A stretch of 64,000 nt of DNA from Macrostomum lignano. Lineage: Eukaryota. Position 1 is the stretch's first letter. Every line of letters begins with the position of its first letter. Shown here one piece after another: positions 48,701-60,800 of the stretch. The stretch is from contig NIVC01002087.1 of the NCBI GenBank assembly GCA_002269645.1, forward strand, positions 62,001-126,000. Reading direction: 5' to 3'. The translations under genes and the position numbers were made by a program. The notes below the pieces were generated by a model. That model was given only the letters and a program-made list of their open reading frames with translations, did not search any database and was not told the origin of the DNA.

Positions 48701-51700
48701 TGGACTCTAGACACTGGACTCTAGACACTGGACTCTAGACACTGGACTCTAGACACTGGACTCTAGACACTGGACTCTAGACACTGGACTCTAGACACTG
48801 GACTCTAGACACTGGACTCTAGACACTGGACTCTAGACACTGGACTCTAGACACTGGACTCTAGACACTGGACTCTAGACACTGGACTCTAGACACTGGA
48901 CTCTAGACACTGGACTCTAGACACTGGACTCTAGACACTGGACTCTAGACACTGGACTCTAGACACTGGACTCTAGACACTGGACTCTAGACACTGGACT
49001 CTAGACACTGGACTCTAGACACTGGACTCTAGACACTGGACTCTAGACACTGGACTCTAGACACTGGACTCTAGACACTGGACTCTAGACACTGGACTCT
49101 AGACACTGGACTCTATAGACACTGGACTCTAGACACTGGACTCTAGACACTGGAGTTTATAGACACTGGACTCTAGACACTGGACTCTATAGACACTGGA
49201 CTCTAGACACTGGACTCTAGACACTGGACTCTAGACACTGGACTCTAGACACTGGACTCTAGACACTGGACTCTAGACACTGGACTCTAGACACTGGACT
49301 CTAGACACTGGACTCTAGACACTGGACTCTAGACACTGGACTCTAGACACTGGACTCTAGACACTGGACTCTAGACACTGGACTCTAGACACTGGACTCT
49401 AGACACTGGACTCTAGACACTGGACTCTAGACACTGGACTCTAGACACTGGACTCTAGACACTGGACTCTAGACACTGGACTCTAGACACTGGACTCTAG
49501 ACACTGGACTCTAGACACTGGACTCTAGACACTGGACTCTAGACACTGGACTCTAGACACTGGACTCTAGACACTGGACTCTAGACACTGGACTCTAGAC
49601 ACTGGACTCTAGACACTGGACTCTAGACACTGGACTCTAGACACTGGACTCTAGACACTGGACTCTAGACACTGGACTCTAGACACTGGACTCTAGACAC
49701 TGGACACTAGACAATAGACGATTGAAAATAGACAACACCGCATCAAACACTGGATTACAAGGCATAAAACGCAATAAATCACAAAGTCACTATAAATTGA
49801 CCAACGCCTCACCTGAACTGATAGCGGCGTGTAGCGGCACATTTCCCTCAACATCCGGAATGTTAACAACATCCTTAGCCGAGTGACTCTTCTTAGCAGA
49901 GCAGAACTCAACCAGCAGTGGCACCGAGCGAAGACTTCCGCTAGCAACGGCCAGGTGAATCGGATATAAACCTGTCTCTTCCGGTTTACAAGGGCTCAGG
50001 TTGTGTCTCATCTGAAAAGTTCACAGGGTAGATGATGTACATGTAGTGGCGTTCGCAAAGGATTGACAAGAGAGCGGCCTCCGAATTCTCTCACAAACAT
50101 CTCGCTTCTCCAGAAACTACGGTAAAAACAGGCAACCAAGCTCGACCTATGACAGGAGCTCTAATTTTTCCGAGTCTTGGACTTGACATCCACCGGATTA
50201 CGAAACAGGGGTAGGGGCGCTCATCTGAAGAGACAGGGGCCACGTACCTGAAGAGACAGGGGCTATTCACCTGAAGAAACAGGGGCTATTTACCTGAAGA
50301 GACAGGGGAGCCTACCTGAAGAGGCAGGGACTATTCACCTGAAGAGACAGTGGCTATTCACCTGAAGAGACAGGGACTATTCACCTGAAGAGACAGTGGC
50401 TATTCACCTGAAGAGACAGGGACTATTCACCTGAAGAGACAGTGGCTATTCACCTGAAGAGACAGTGGCTATTCACCTGAAGAGACAGTGGCTATTCACC
50501 TGAAGAGACAGTGGCTATTCACCTGAAGAGACAGGGACTATTCACCTGAAGAGACAGTGGCTATTCACCTGAAGAGACAGGGACTATTCACCTGAAGAGA
50601 CAGTGGCTATTCACCTGAAGAGACAGTGGCTATTCACCTAAAGAGACAGTGGCTATTCACCTGAAGAGACAGTGGCTATTCACCTGAAGAGACAGGGCGC
50701 TCACCTGAAGAGACAGGGACTATTCACCTGAAGAGACAGTGGCTATTCACCTGAAGAGACAGGGCGCCCACCTGAAGAGACAGGGACTATTCACCTGAAG
50801 AGACAGGGACTATTCACCTGAAGAGACAGTGGCTATTCACCTGAGGAGACAGGGCGCCCACCTGAAGAGACAGGGACTATTCACCTGAAGAGACAGGGAC
50901 TATTCACCTGAAGAGACAGTGGCTATTCACCTGAAGAGACAGTGGCTATTCACCTGAAGAGACAGGGCGCTCACCTGAAGAGACAGGGACTATTCACCTG
51001 AAGAGACAGGGACTATTCACCTGAAGAGACAGGGGCTATTCACCTGAAGAGACAGGGACTATTCACCTGAAGAGACAGGGGCTATTCACCTGAAGAGACA
51101 GGGCGCCCACCTGAAGAGACAGGGACTATTCACCTGAAGAGACAGGGGCTATTTACCTGAAGAGACAGGGCGCCCACCTGAAGAGACAGGGACTATTCAC
51201 CTGAAGAGACAGGGCGCCCACCTGAAGAGACTCAACACTGCCCCACCAAGATGCCAAACATAGGCGCTCCTTAGGTTCCTGACGTCTGTAATGTGGACAT
51301 TGCGTATCTTGTAGTACAGCTAGAGAGTATGCATTGCCTGATGCTGGGAATGTCAGGGTGAACGTGCGTGCTCATCGACATCACAGCTGCTTGTCTTGAC
51401 TTACAGTAGCAATATGGCAGTGCACACAAAACTTCTCCGGAGAACTAACTACTCAGCAATAAGCACAGCCAGAAAGGTAGCCAGCAGTTTTAGTTGTCTC
51501 ACCAGCAACTGCAGGCACTCGACGCTGTCCCTGCTGCAGGCGAAATGCACCGGCAAGCAGCCCCTGTGTCCGGGTATGTCCGGTCTCAGTCTTGGACAGG
51601 CCAGCAGCTCGGCCAGGCATTGGTGCCGGTTGAGCTCGGCGGCCAGATGTAGCGGTGACATCCTGATCCGATGTGTCAGCAGGTTCGGATTGGCTCCCAG

Positions 51701-53351
51701 TGACAGCAGCTCCGCCACAGCGGCTGGTCGGTCTGCTTCCACGGCGACGTGAAGCGGCGTAACACCCTGCTTGTCCTGCTGGTCCGGGTCTAAGAGTAAG
51801 ATTGGAGATCTGAGCGTGAGATTGGAGATTTGAGAGTGAGATTTTAAGAGTGAGATTGGAGATCTGATAGTGAGATTACAGATCTGAGGGTGAGATTGGA
51901 GATCTACAAGTGAGACTGGGGATCTGAGAGTGAAATTTAAAAAAAGAAATCCAGCATCCGAGAGTGAGATTTGTCCATTCAGAGTGATTTAAAAGTCTGC
52001 TCAGGGACAACTAAAACTACCAGGTAGTTTTAGCTGTCCCTGAGTCTGCTAGCTAATATTTTAATTAATGAGCGAGTGACCACGGTCGAACGAAACCCCC
52101 TTACCGAGTTCCAGCCGTATCAGCAGTCGAATCGCTCCCACGAACCCGTGCCTGGCAGCGGAATGGAGCAGTGACTGGCCCTGCTTGTCAATCCGGTTGT
52201 AGGTGCACCGGGTGTCGGTTGCACAGGCCGCTTCGAGTTCGGGTAACCTCCCGTCTTCTAGTAACTGCAGTTGATAAATTGTGACATTGTGACACTGTGA
52301 GACAGGTGTTATTATGCTACGTATATGTATAAGAGATATCTTTGAGACGTCATTCCTGAAAAATCTGACACGCCGTTCCTGAAGAACCTGAGACGTCACT
52401 CCTGAATAATCTGACACGCCATTCCTGAATAATCTGAGACGTCATTCCTGAATAATTTGAGACGTCATTCCTGAATAATTTGAGACGTCATTCCTGAATA
52501 ATTTGAGACGTCATTCCTGAATAATCTGAGACGTCATTCCTGAATAATCTTAGACGTCATTCCTGAATAATTTGAGACGTCATTCCTGAATAATCTGACA
52601 CGCCGTTCCTGAAGAATTTGAGACGTCATTCCTGAAGAATTTGAGACGTCATTCCTGAATAATCTGAGACGTCATTCCTGAATAATCTTAGACGTCGTTA
52701 CTGAAGAATCTGAGACATCATTACTGAAGAATCTGAGACGTCATTCCTGAATAATCTGAGACGTCATTCCTGAATAATCTGAGACGTCATTCCTGAATAA
52801 TCTTAGACGTCATTCCTGAATAATTTGAGACGTCATTCCTGAATAATCTGACACGCCGTTCCTGAAGAATTTGAGACGTCATTCCTGAATAATTTGAGAC
52901 GTCATTCCTGAATAATCTGACACGCCGTTCCTGAAGAATTTGAGACGTCATTCCTGAATAATCTGAGACGTCATTCCTGAATAATCTTAGACGTCGTTAC
53001 TGAAGAATCTGAGACATCATTACTGAAGAATCGGAGACATCATTCCTGAAGACAGTTTAGCGTGTCGTGTTATTTTGTAATTTACATGCTGTAAAACAAA
53101 GATCCAAAGCAATCAGAAATATATAATCGCACCTGCTGATAATCTAACTCGCTAGTTGTCTCGTCGAACGCCACCTCCTGTACAGCAGAATGTTCAATGG
53201 CGGTCACAGCCGCCTCTCTAGCCAAACGTCGGCGCCTTTGAAAGTGCTGTTTGATCTTGCCGCCACTGCTTAGCATGGCCTTATTAGCTGGTATGGCGCG
53301 CGTAGAATCAAAGCTACCAGTTCCAGCAGCTCTTATCCTGAGCTTGTCCAT
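30773..53351 (-). CDS. TRPA1: TRPA1-like ankyrin-repeat cation channel (multi-exon gene span; ends approximate)
   Basis: Ankyrin exons near 52.1-52.3, 51.5-51.8, 49.8-50.0, 47.4-47.7, 45.4-45.6, 44.1-44.5 and 41.9-42.2 kb; LLDRCI; [15 protein letters not shown]; S1-S4 exons at 38.1-38.2, 37.9 and 36.3-36.5 kb ([11 protein letters not shown]); [12 protein letters not shown]; pore [12 protein letters not shown]; S6 [13 protein letters not shown] junctions are in phase. The last exon is tentative. Confidence 0.9.
31250..31645. repeat. 20-bp intronic minisatellite
   Basis: (CCATTGGGGTAGCTCAGTGA)n. Confidence 0.95.
31646..34083. repeat. 14-bp intronic satellite
   Basis: (AGAGTCCAGTGTCT)n. Confidence 0.98.
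35155..36240. repeat. 15-bp intronic minisatellite
   Basis: (ATGACCTTCTGTAGG)n. Confidence 0.95.
36600..37840. repeat. 20-bp intronic minisatellite
   Basis: (AATAAACTGGTAATGATTCT)n and variants. Confidence 0.95.
38330..40690. repeat. 15-bp intronic minisatellite, same family as 35155-36240
   Basis: (ATGACCTTCTGTAGG)n. Confidence 0.97.
41480..41624 (-). mobile_element. tRNA-derived SINE-like element
   Basis: Minus strand GGGGTTGTAGCCTTGAGGTTAGAGCGTCGGATTCGCGACTGAAAGGTCGGGGGTTCGATTC has A- and B-box-like motifs but no acceptor-stem closure. The body recurs at 29249. Confidence 0.65.
42395..42700 (+). repeat. Dispersed SINE-like repeat, copy 2
   Basis: Inverted homolog of 9168-9500. Confidence 0.6.
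43440..43790. repeat. Foldback element built from TTCACAACCGCGAAAC subrepeats
   Basis: Direct subrepeats at 43440-43680 and inverted copies at 43718-43790. Confidence 0.7.
44575..45270. repeat. 23-bp intronic minisatellite
   Basis: (GGGTAGGGTTGCAGGGACCCAAA)n. Confidence 0.95.
45735..47372. repeat. 31-bp intronic minisatellite
   Basis: (GTGTTGTTGGTAACTGTCTATTTGCAATGGA)n. Confidence 0.97.
47780..49710. repeat. 14-bp satellite, inverted relative to 31646-34083
   Basis: (AGACACTGGACTCT)n preceded by a few longer units. Confidence 0.97.
50222..51232. repeat. 23-bp intronic minisatellite
   Basis: (CACCTGAAGAGACAG(T/G)G(G/A)CTATT)n. Confidence 0.95.
52002..52042. mobile_element. 41-bp palindromic hAT-type micro-MITE with 8-bp TSD
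   Basis: AGTCTGCT at 51994-52001 and 52043-52050 flank CAGGGACAACTAAAACTACC-A-GGTAGTTTTAGCTGTCCCTG. Confidence 0.8.
52345..53052. repeat. 23-bp intronic minisatellite
   Basis: (GAGACGTCATTCCTGAATAATCT)n. Confidence 0.95.
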
Positions 53352-54854
53352 GTCCACGCTAAACGCTACCTGATAGACCTAGCGGACTGCAGGTCCCAGC
53401 TCCCGTATTTATAGAGCTTTCAGCAAGATTGCTTGCCGCTATCAGACCAAATATGGATCATCGATTTCTAGTCGGGAGCTGAAAAATCCAATCAGTGTCA
53501 CACCTTGGCCTGCAGACCAGCTCTGTTTAATCTCTGATAAGAATGGAGAGACTTGGCGGTCATGAAATATGAGCTATACCTCCAGATGGCGAAGTTTTGT
53601 TGACCTTGCTAGGTAAGCTGGTGCTCAGGATTTGCGAATTTTTTATTGCCAATACGAGCTAAGAGTTGATTGGCGAGTAGTCGTTGTAACTACTCGATAA
53701 TTGAACATGACAGGTATTGTTTGCTCAAATGCAATTGCTTCCAGCTTCTGCTAATCCTATAATTAGTTATCGAAAGGTCACGAGAAGGCACATTATTGGG
53801 CAGGCACTTGCTTTTAATCAAAAGATTAACACTGTACTTTTCATGAACTTTTACATGTACGAACTGGCTGTCAGTTGAGACATCAAAAACCAGAATTGCA
53901 TGACAGCATGGGTGACATCATTGCAGAGGGGTTTCAGAGCACGGGAAAACATTAAAGCAAAGCAAGGACAGGTGATACTCAAAAGTGAGCACGAATAACG
54001 CAATAGATTGTACTCGAGCACACTAAATAATGACTGCGGTCAAAAAAGTATTTCGAATCAATCTTTACGTACGCAGGATAGTTAATTAGCTAGCAGATTT
54101 GCTGCGCGTGCAAACGGTAGCTCAGCAGTTTTCGAGGACACTGATACGGTACTCAGGTGCAATGCGTAATTAAAATAGCACTACCAGGTAAAGGACTAAT
54201 CAAAGAAGTGATTAATTTTGGAAGAAAAGAAATAAGACAAGTTGAGTTGTAAGCAATAATTGAGTCGCAATGCTAGATTCTATAGTATGGTGCGGAGTTG
54301 CAGAATGGCCAAAACACGGGTCTTTGTTCGATTTTTTTTCTATGAAACACACTGTTGAGCGGCCATGATTTTACGCCTCTAAAATTTGATTTGATTGGAC
54401 GAGAGATGGGGGTGGGTGAGCTAATTTGTCACTCAGGCAGAGAGTATGATGTACATTGATTAGGCGTGGCGAGGACAGATTGAACTGACAATCAGATAAG
54501 ATATAATAGGCGATTTTTGATTAGTTTAATAAAATAATAGCAGTATGCCTGCTCTTATCAATTGGAAAAATCTGTTGGAGTCACTGTATGGTGTAAATGC
54601 CCGTTTTGACTTTTTAGTGTGTCTGGGGTAAAAGCTCTTTACAATGGGGATATGACGAGAGAAATCATTACGAAACTTCACGTGGAAGATGAGAAAGCGT
54701 GTTTAAATTTAACCGTGTTTTACCAGCTATCAGCAGTTAGAAGTTGATGCAGCTATAGCATTGTATAAAACAAATAATAGGCCTAGAAATTAAAACGAGA
54801 AAAAAATGGCATGAAGAGTCACAGTAACGGTAAGGCAACAACAGCAGCAGCAGG

Positions 54855-57800
54855 TCAGTCCGTCTCATCCGGAGCCGCCAGAAGACTGATGAACAGCACA
54901 GCCAGCCCGGTGTTAATGATGAACACAAAGAGCAGCAGAAGGTGCTCCTTGCACCAGTCCTGTCGGCGGGAGACAATCATATAGAGGTGAGATTCAGTGA
55001 AGGTCAGCAAAAAAACAGAGGGTCAAATGGTAGGCTGCTAAGTGTCTTGTAGCCCCCGTCAAATTCTATGATAGAATAGTATTAATAATAACAGAAAATT
55101 TCAGAAGAGCTGAGAGGAACTTTGCATGGTCAGCACTGAGGCACAGGGTGTACAGCTCACACAGGGTGTACAGCTCACACAGGGTGTACAGCTCACACAG
55201 GGTGTACAGCTCACACAAGGTGTACAGCTCACACAGGGTGTACAGCTCACACAAGGTGTACAGCTCACACAGGGTGTACAGCTCACACAAGGTGTACAGC
55301 TCACACAATGTGTACAGCTCACACAGGGTGTACAGCTCACACAGGGTGTACAGCTCACACAAGATGTGCAGCTCACACAGGGTGTACAGCTCACACAGGG
55401 TGTACAGCTCACACAAGGTGTACAGCTCACACAATGTGTACAGCTCACACAAGGTGTACAGCTCACACAGGGTGTACAGCTCACACAGGGTGTGCAGCTC
55501 ACACAGGGTGTACAGCTCACACAGGGTGTACAGCTCACACAGGGTGTACAGCTCACACAAGGTGTACAGCTCACACAAGGTGTACAGCTCACACAGGGTG
55601 TACAGCTCACACAGGGTGTACAGCGGCCTCGACTTTCTAATCGTCAGGGCATGTACACTCTGTGTGCCTAGGGGATGTCTTCATGGCTTTGAATCGCACG
55701 ACAACTCCGTGCTAACTTCTTGGACAACAAGTTGAGGGTAGAAATGACAGAGATAGTACGTTACTTGATGTAGTAGAAATCATTTTTTCAACTGAATAGA
55801 ACTGAATAGAACTTTTAGAACTTTTAGAAGATACATGTTGGGCAACAAGCATATTATACACGTGTATATATTGCTACACTTGGACACCACCGAAGTTAAA
55901 CACAAAATAACAGCAATTATTTCCGTTACCAAACTGCAGTTTATGCTGAAACTGTTCTCCTGAGTCGTACAGTTAGAAAAATTCAAACTTCAGGGTTTAC
56001 CTGAGCACCAGATGACCACCGATGAATGTTAAGCATTACTCGACTGAGAACAGTCTCAACAATTAGTTGACCTGCCAGCTTCATTACTTGTTCAAGTTGT
56101 TCAAATCGCTGCTCTTCGTTGTACTCAAATTCTAAGGGAGCCTCCTGGGAGGGCCGGGCCATTTAGGTTGTTTAGTGTTGGTTTCAGTGTGCACTTTTAG
56201 CATATTGGTTATAAGTTGGATATTCAGGGAAAATGTGGCAATGGTCGAGCCGCATTGTGCATTGACCGCTGAACTCACAGTGAATCGCACGAACAAATGC
56301 CTACTCATGCCTACTCTACGAGCTACTCGAGGTCCGGTATGAAATACCCCACTTAATTATCTGAAACAGATCGACTTTCGCTAAACGCGTCGGACAAATT
56401 GACCAATTACGAATGAAGCAATCAGAATAATGCAGAACAACCCATTACTACAAAAAATGCATTGTCTGTAGGATCGTCAAGCAGCATAACAATGCAAAGA
56501 ATCAGCGGTCGCAGCACGTGACAACGATTTGTCTATGGCTCGCGCCTACCGGCGCTCGCCAGACAATCGTTGTCACGCACTGGGACCGCTGATTATTTAT
56601 CCATTGTGGCGCCGCAGGCACTCATTTTGTCTATGGCCAGACCCCATTTAATGCTGCTCATTAAAGCAACTCTGTGCGAAATCTAGTTCCATTTAAAAAG
56701 CTCTAATTAACGTTACCACTCTACATTTATTAGTATACTATTTTCATGACAAACTTGTGAGCGCAACGCCCTGACTTTGTTGTTCATATGGCAGCTCACA
56801 GATTCAAACTCCAGGTAGCTACACCTGTAGCTACATGTACGAGCAAAGAACCACTAGAAGTTGTCGTTGCATCACCGTCAACCAATATTTTGGATCTGCG
56901 ATAGTTACGAGTGTTAGCTCGTACATCCTGACACAACAGCAGAACAGCTTTGGGGCGTTCTCACCTTGAGATCCGCCAGCCTAATGATAATCTCGCCCTG
57001 GCGTCGCCTCTCCTCCAGTCTCAGAAGCTCAAGTCGTCTTGCCTCGCTCAAACGCGACACTTCCTCGCGCGACATCATTCCGTGACGCTGAATCTGCTGG
57101 CAGACTGTGACGTCTGGTAGGCTGCCTTCGCCGAGGTCCTTAGCCAGTTGGGCCTGCGATTCAATGCGGTACTGCCGAGGCAGCGGCTGCTGCAGCTGCT
57201 GATGCTGCTGCTGCTGCCTCCGGTTACCGGACTCGAGCTGGACTCGCTTTCGAATGCCGTTCTCAATGATGTAGGAGAAGTCTGTGTCTTTTAGATTTTC
57301 GACGCTGAAAGTTCAACGATGTCTTTGGTGAGCAACGGATGGGAGAAAATTATTAACTGAGCAGCTAACCCAGTTTTTTGGGTCAGCAGCCCTCCCCATC
57401 AAAATTTCTACTGTCAACAGGTAGCTACAATGTCCATCCTTGATACCCTGTAGCTATTCGTTCTTTCGAATATAGACAATATCTATTGCCAATTGTTTTG
57501 TACTTTATTCGTTTCACAAACGGTAAAATTGCTAACTAAATGCGAATAGTTCATGTCTGCGTCAAGCACAGAAAGGCTTGGCGAAAGAGGAACAGGCAGG
57601 GGAGAGAGAGGGGAGAACCAGCAGAGACATTTCTGCAATTTTCCCTCTTCCTGGCTACACTCTCTCACTCTCTCTTCCCCTCAGTGATATTTGCATCCGT
57701 TGTTACCTAAAAAGGTACTGGACGAACGCAGAATGCCAATGGCATGCCAGTGTTTAAGCGCGGGGCTTCCTTTTCCCAATTCTCTATGAAGCGATTCCAA

Positions 57801-60800
57801 AACCTCCGTCTCGCTTGATCCCTTGATTTCTCTAAAGGATCCTGTTTTGGGGGCAGCTCTGAGTGGGCGCGCGACATACGAGCTTTGTTTTTGTATCGTG
57901 AAATCAACACTTTTAAGAAGTTTTACCTATCTTTGACGCCTATTAATTTTAATTTGAAGCCTTTGTCCCGACATTGGCTCCCCTTATCCCGACATTGGCT
58001 CCACTTATCCCTACATTGGCGCCCCTTATTCGGACATTGGTGCCCCTTATTCCGACATTGGCTCCCCTTATCCCAAAATTGGCGCCCTTATCCCGGCATT
58101 GGCGCCCGAATCCCGACCTTGGCGCCCCTTATCCCGATATTGGCGCCCCTTATCCCGATATTGGCTCCCCTTATCCCGACATTGGCGCCCGAATCCCGAC
58201 ATTGGCGCCCGAATCCCGACATTTGCGCCCGAATCCCGACATTGGCGCCCCTTATTCGGACATTGGCGCCCGAATCCCGACTTTGGCGCCCCTTATCCCG
58301 ACATTGGCGCCCGAATCACGACATTGGCGCCCGAATCCCGATATTGGCGCCCGAATCCCGACATTGGCGCCCCTTATTCGGACATTGGCGCCCGAATCCC
58401 GACTTTGGCGCCCCTTATCCCGACATTGGCGCCCGAATCACGACATTGGCGCCCGAATCCCGATATTGGCGCCCGAATCCCGACATTAACGCCCCTATCC
58501 ACCAACCTCTTCGTCATGTCGTCTATCGCAACCGATTGCGCAGCGGCCGCGCCGACTGACGCCGGCTTAACGGGCGGCGCGCTCAGCAGCGACGGCATCG
58601 TGCGTCGACGACTACGCGACAGCGAGGAGCCTCCGGCGCTGCCGCTGGTGGCTTCGCTCAGGCCGCTGTCAGAGTCGCCGCCGCCTGCCGGCCCAGTTGC
58701 GCCCCCGTTTCCTCGACTGTTGGCGTCAATTGAGTAGTCGTCTCTGCCCAGGCCGCTGTCCCGCTTGCGGCTGGAGGCTGGCAGAACCGACCTGTTTGTG
58801 GTGTTGAGTTAGGGTCGGGGTTCGTTCACGGTTAAGGGCCTGGTGTAGGGTTTGATATAAAGGTATCGATTGAAGGTCAGGTAGGTCATAGCTATTTGGT
58901 TATAATGTGTCAGGTTGAGTCAGTGAGGGTCAGGTTGAGTCAGTGAGGGTCAGGTTGAGTCAGTGAGGGTCAGGTTGAATCAGTGAGGGTCAGGTTGAAT
59001 CAGTGAGGGTCAGGTTGAGTCAGTGAGAGTCAGGTTGAGTCAGTGAGGGTCAGTGAGGGTCATTGAGTCAGAGAGGGTCAGAATAAGTCAGTGAGGGTCA
59101 GATTGAGTCAGTGAGGGTCAGGTTGAGTCAGTGAGGGTCAGGTTGAATCAGTGAAAGTCAGGTTGAGTCAGTGAAAGTCAGGTCGAGTCAGTGAGGGTCA
59201 GGTTGAGTAATTTAGGGTCATGTTGAGTCAGTGAGGGTCAGGTTGAGTCAGTGAGGGTCAGGTTGAGTCAGTGAGGGTCAGGTTGAATCAGTGAAAGTCA
59301 GGTTGAGTCAGTGAAAGTCAGGTTGAGTCAGTGAGGGTCAGGTTGAGTAATTTAGGGTCATGTTGAGTCAGTGAGGGTCAGGTTGAGTCAGTGAGGGTCA
59401 GGTTGAATCAGTGAAAGTCAGGTTGAGTCAGTGAAAGTCAGGTCGAGTCAGTGAGGGTCAGGTTGAGTAATTTAGGGTCATGTTGAGTCAGTGAGGGTCA
59501 GGTTGAGTCAGTGAGGCTCAGGTTGAGTCAGTGAGTGAGGAACGGATAAAGTCCTGAGCAGCACCCACCGGTACTGATCGAAGTGATCACTGCTCGACAC
59601 ATTACTCAGTGCGCTAGTCAGCGGCTCAATGTGAGAAGCCAGCATCTGCTGCTGCTGCTGCGTCAGAAGCTGATGCTGGCTTGGGTTGCCGTGCATACCA
59701 CGGCGGGTCTGAAGCCCTACGGCCGAGGCAGCGGCCGAGGCAGCCGCCGCCGGTGCGGCGTGCAGCTTTGTGATGGTCTCCGCCACAGTGACAGGCGGAG
59801 CGGTTGATGACGCTGAAGCAGGAAATGCTGGCTGCTGCTGCTGCTGCTGCTGCTGATGGTTGGGCTGCGGCGTTGGCGGCTGCTGGCGAATCTCCGGTCT
59901 TTCGCCGCCGCCGCCGCCTCCGACGCTACCGCGACGCACAGCTCTGAAGCTGCCGCGACGGCTGCCACCGCCGCCAACTTGCAGGGTGCCGTCGACTTGC
60001 AGTGAATTGCCGCTTGAAACGCCGCCGCCACTGCCGCCTCTTGATGGAATCTCCTCCGTCATGCCCCGTCTCGCCTGCCTGCCGCCCATGCCACCGCCGC
60101 CGCCGTTGCCGCCGCCGCCTCCGGTGGTCAGCGTCAGCGTGTTGAACACGTCGGACTCCATGCGTCGTTTTAAGAACTCAACCCCTGCCGGATACGGTTA
60201 GATAAGGTCAGGGGTCAGTTAGGGTCATTTAAGGTCAGTTACGGTCTGTTTCGGTCAATTTGGGTCATCTAGGGTCAGATAGGTCAGGTAGGGTCAGTTT
60301 GGGTCCGTTAGGGTCAATTAGGGTTAGCTAGGGTCAGCTAGGGTCATTTAGGGTCAGGTTGGGTCACGTTGAGTCACATTGGGTCAGGTTGGATCATGTA
60401 GGGTCAGGTTGGGTCAGGTTGGGTCAGGTTGGATCAGGTTGGGTCAGGTTGGGTCATGTAGGGTCAGGTTGGGTCAGGTTGGGTCAGGTTGGATCAGGTT
60501 GGGTCAGGTTGGGTCATGTAGGGTCAGGTTGGGTCAGGTAAAGTCAGGTATGCTCAGATAGGGTCAGGTAGGGTCAAGTAGGGTCAGGTAGGGTCAAGTA
60601 GGGTCATGTAGGGTCAAGTAGGGTCATGTAGGGTCATGTAGGGTCCGGTTGGGTCATGTAGGGTCGGGTTGGGTCAAGTTGGGCCAGGTTGGGTCAGGTT
60701 GGGTCAGGTTGGGTCGGTTAGGGTGGGTTAGGGTCGGTTAGGGTCAGGTAGCCTCAGCTTGGCTTATTGTAAAAGAATTACTTGAGAGCTGTCAGAAACC

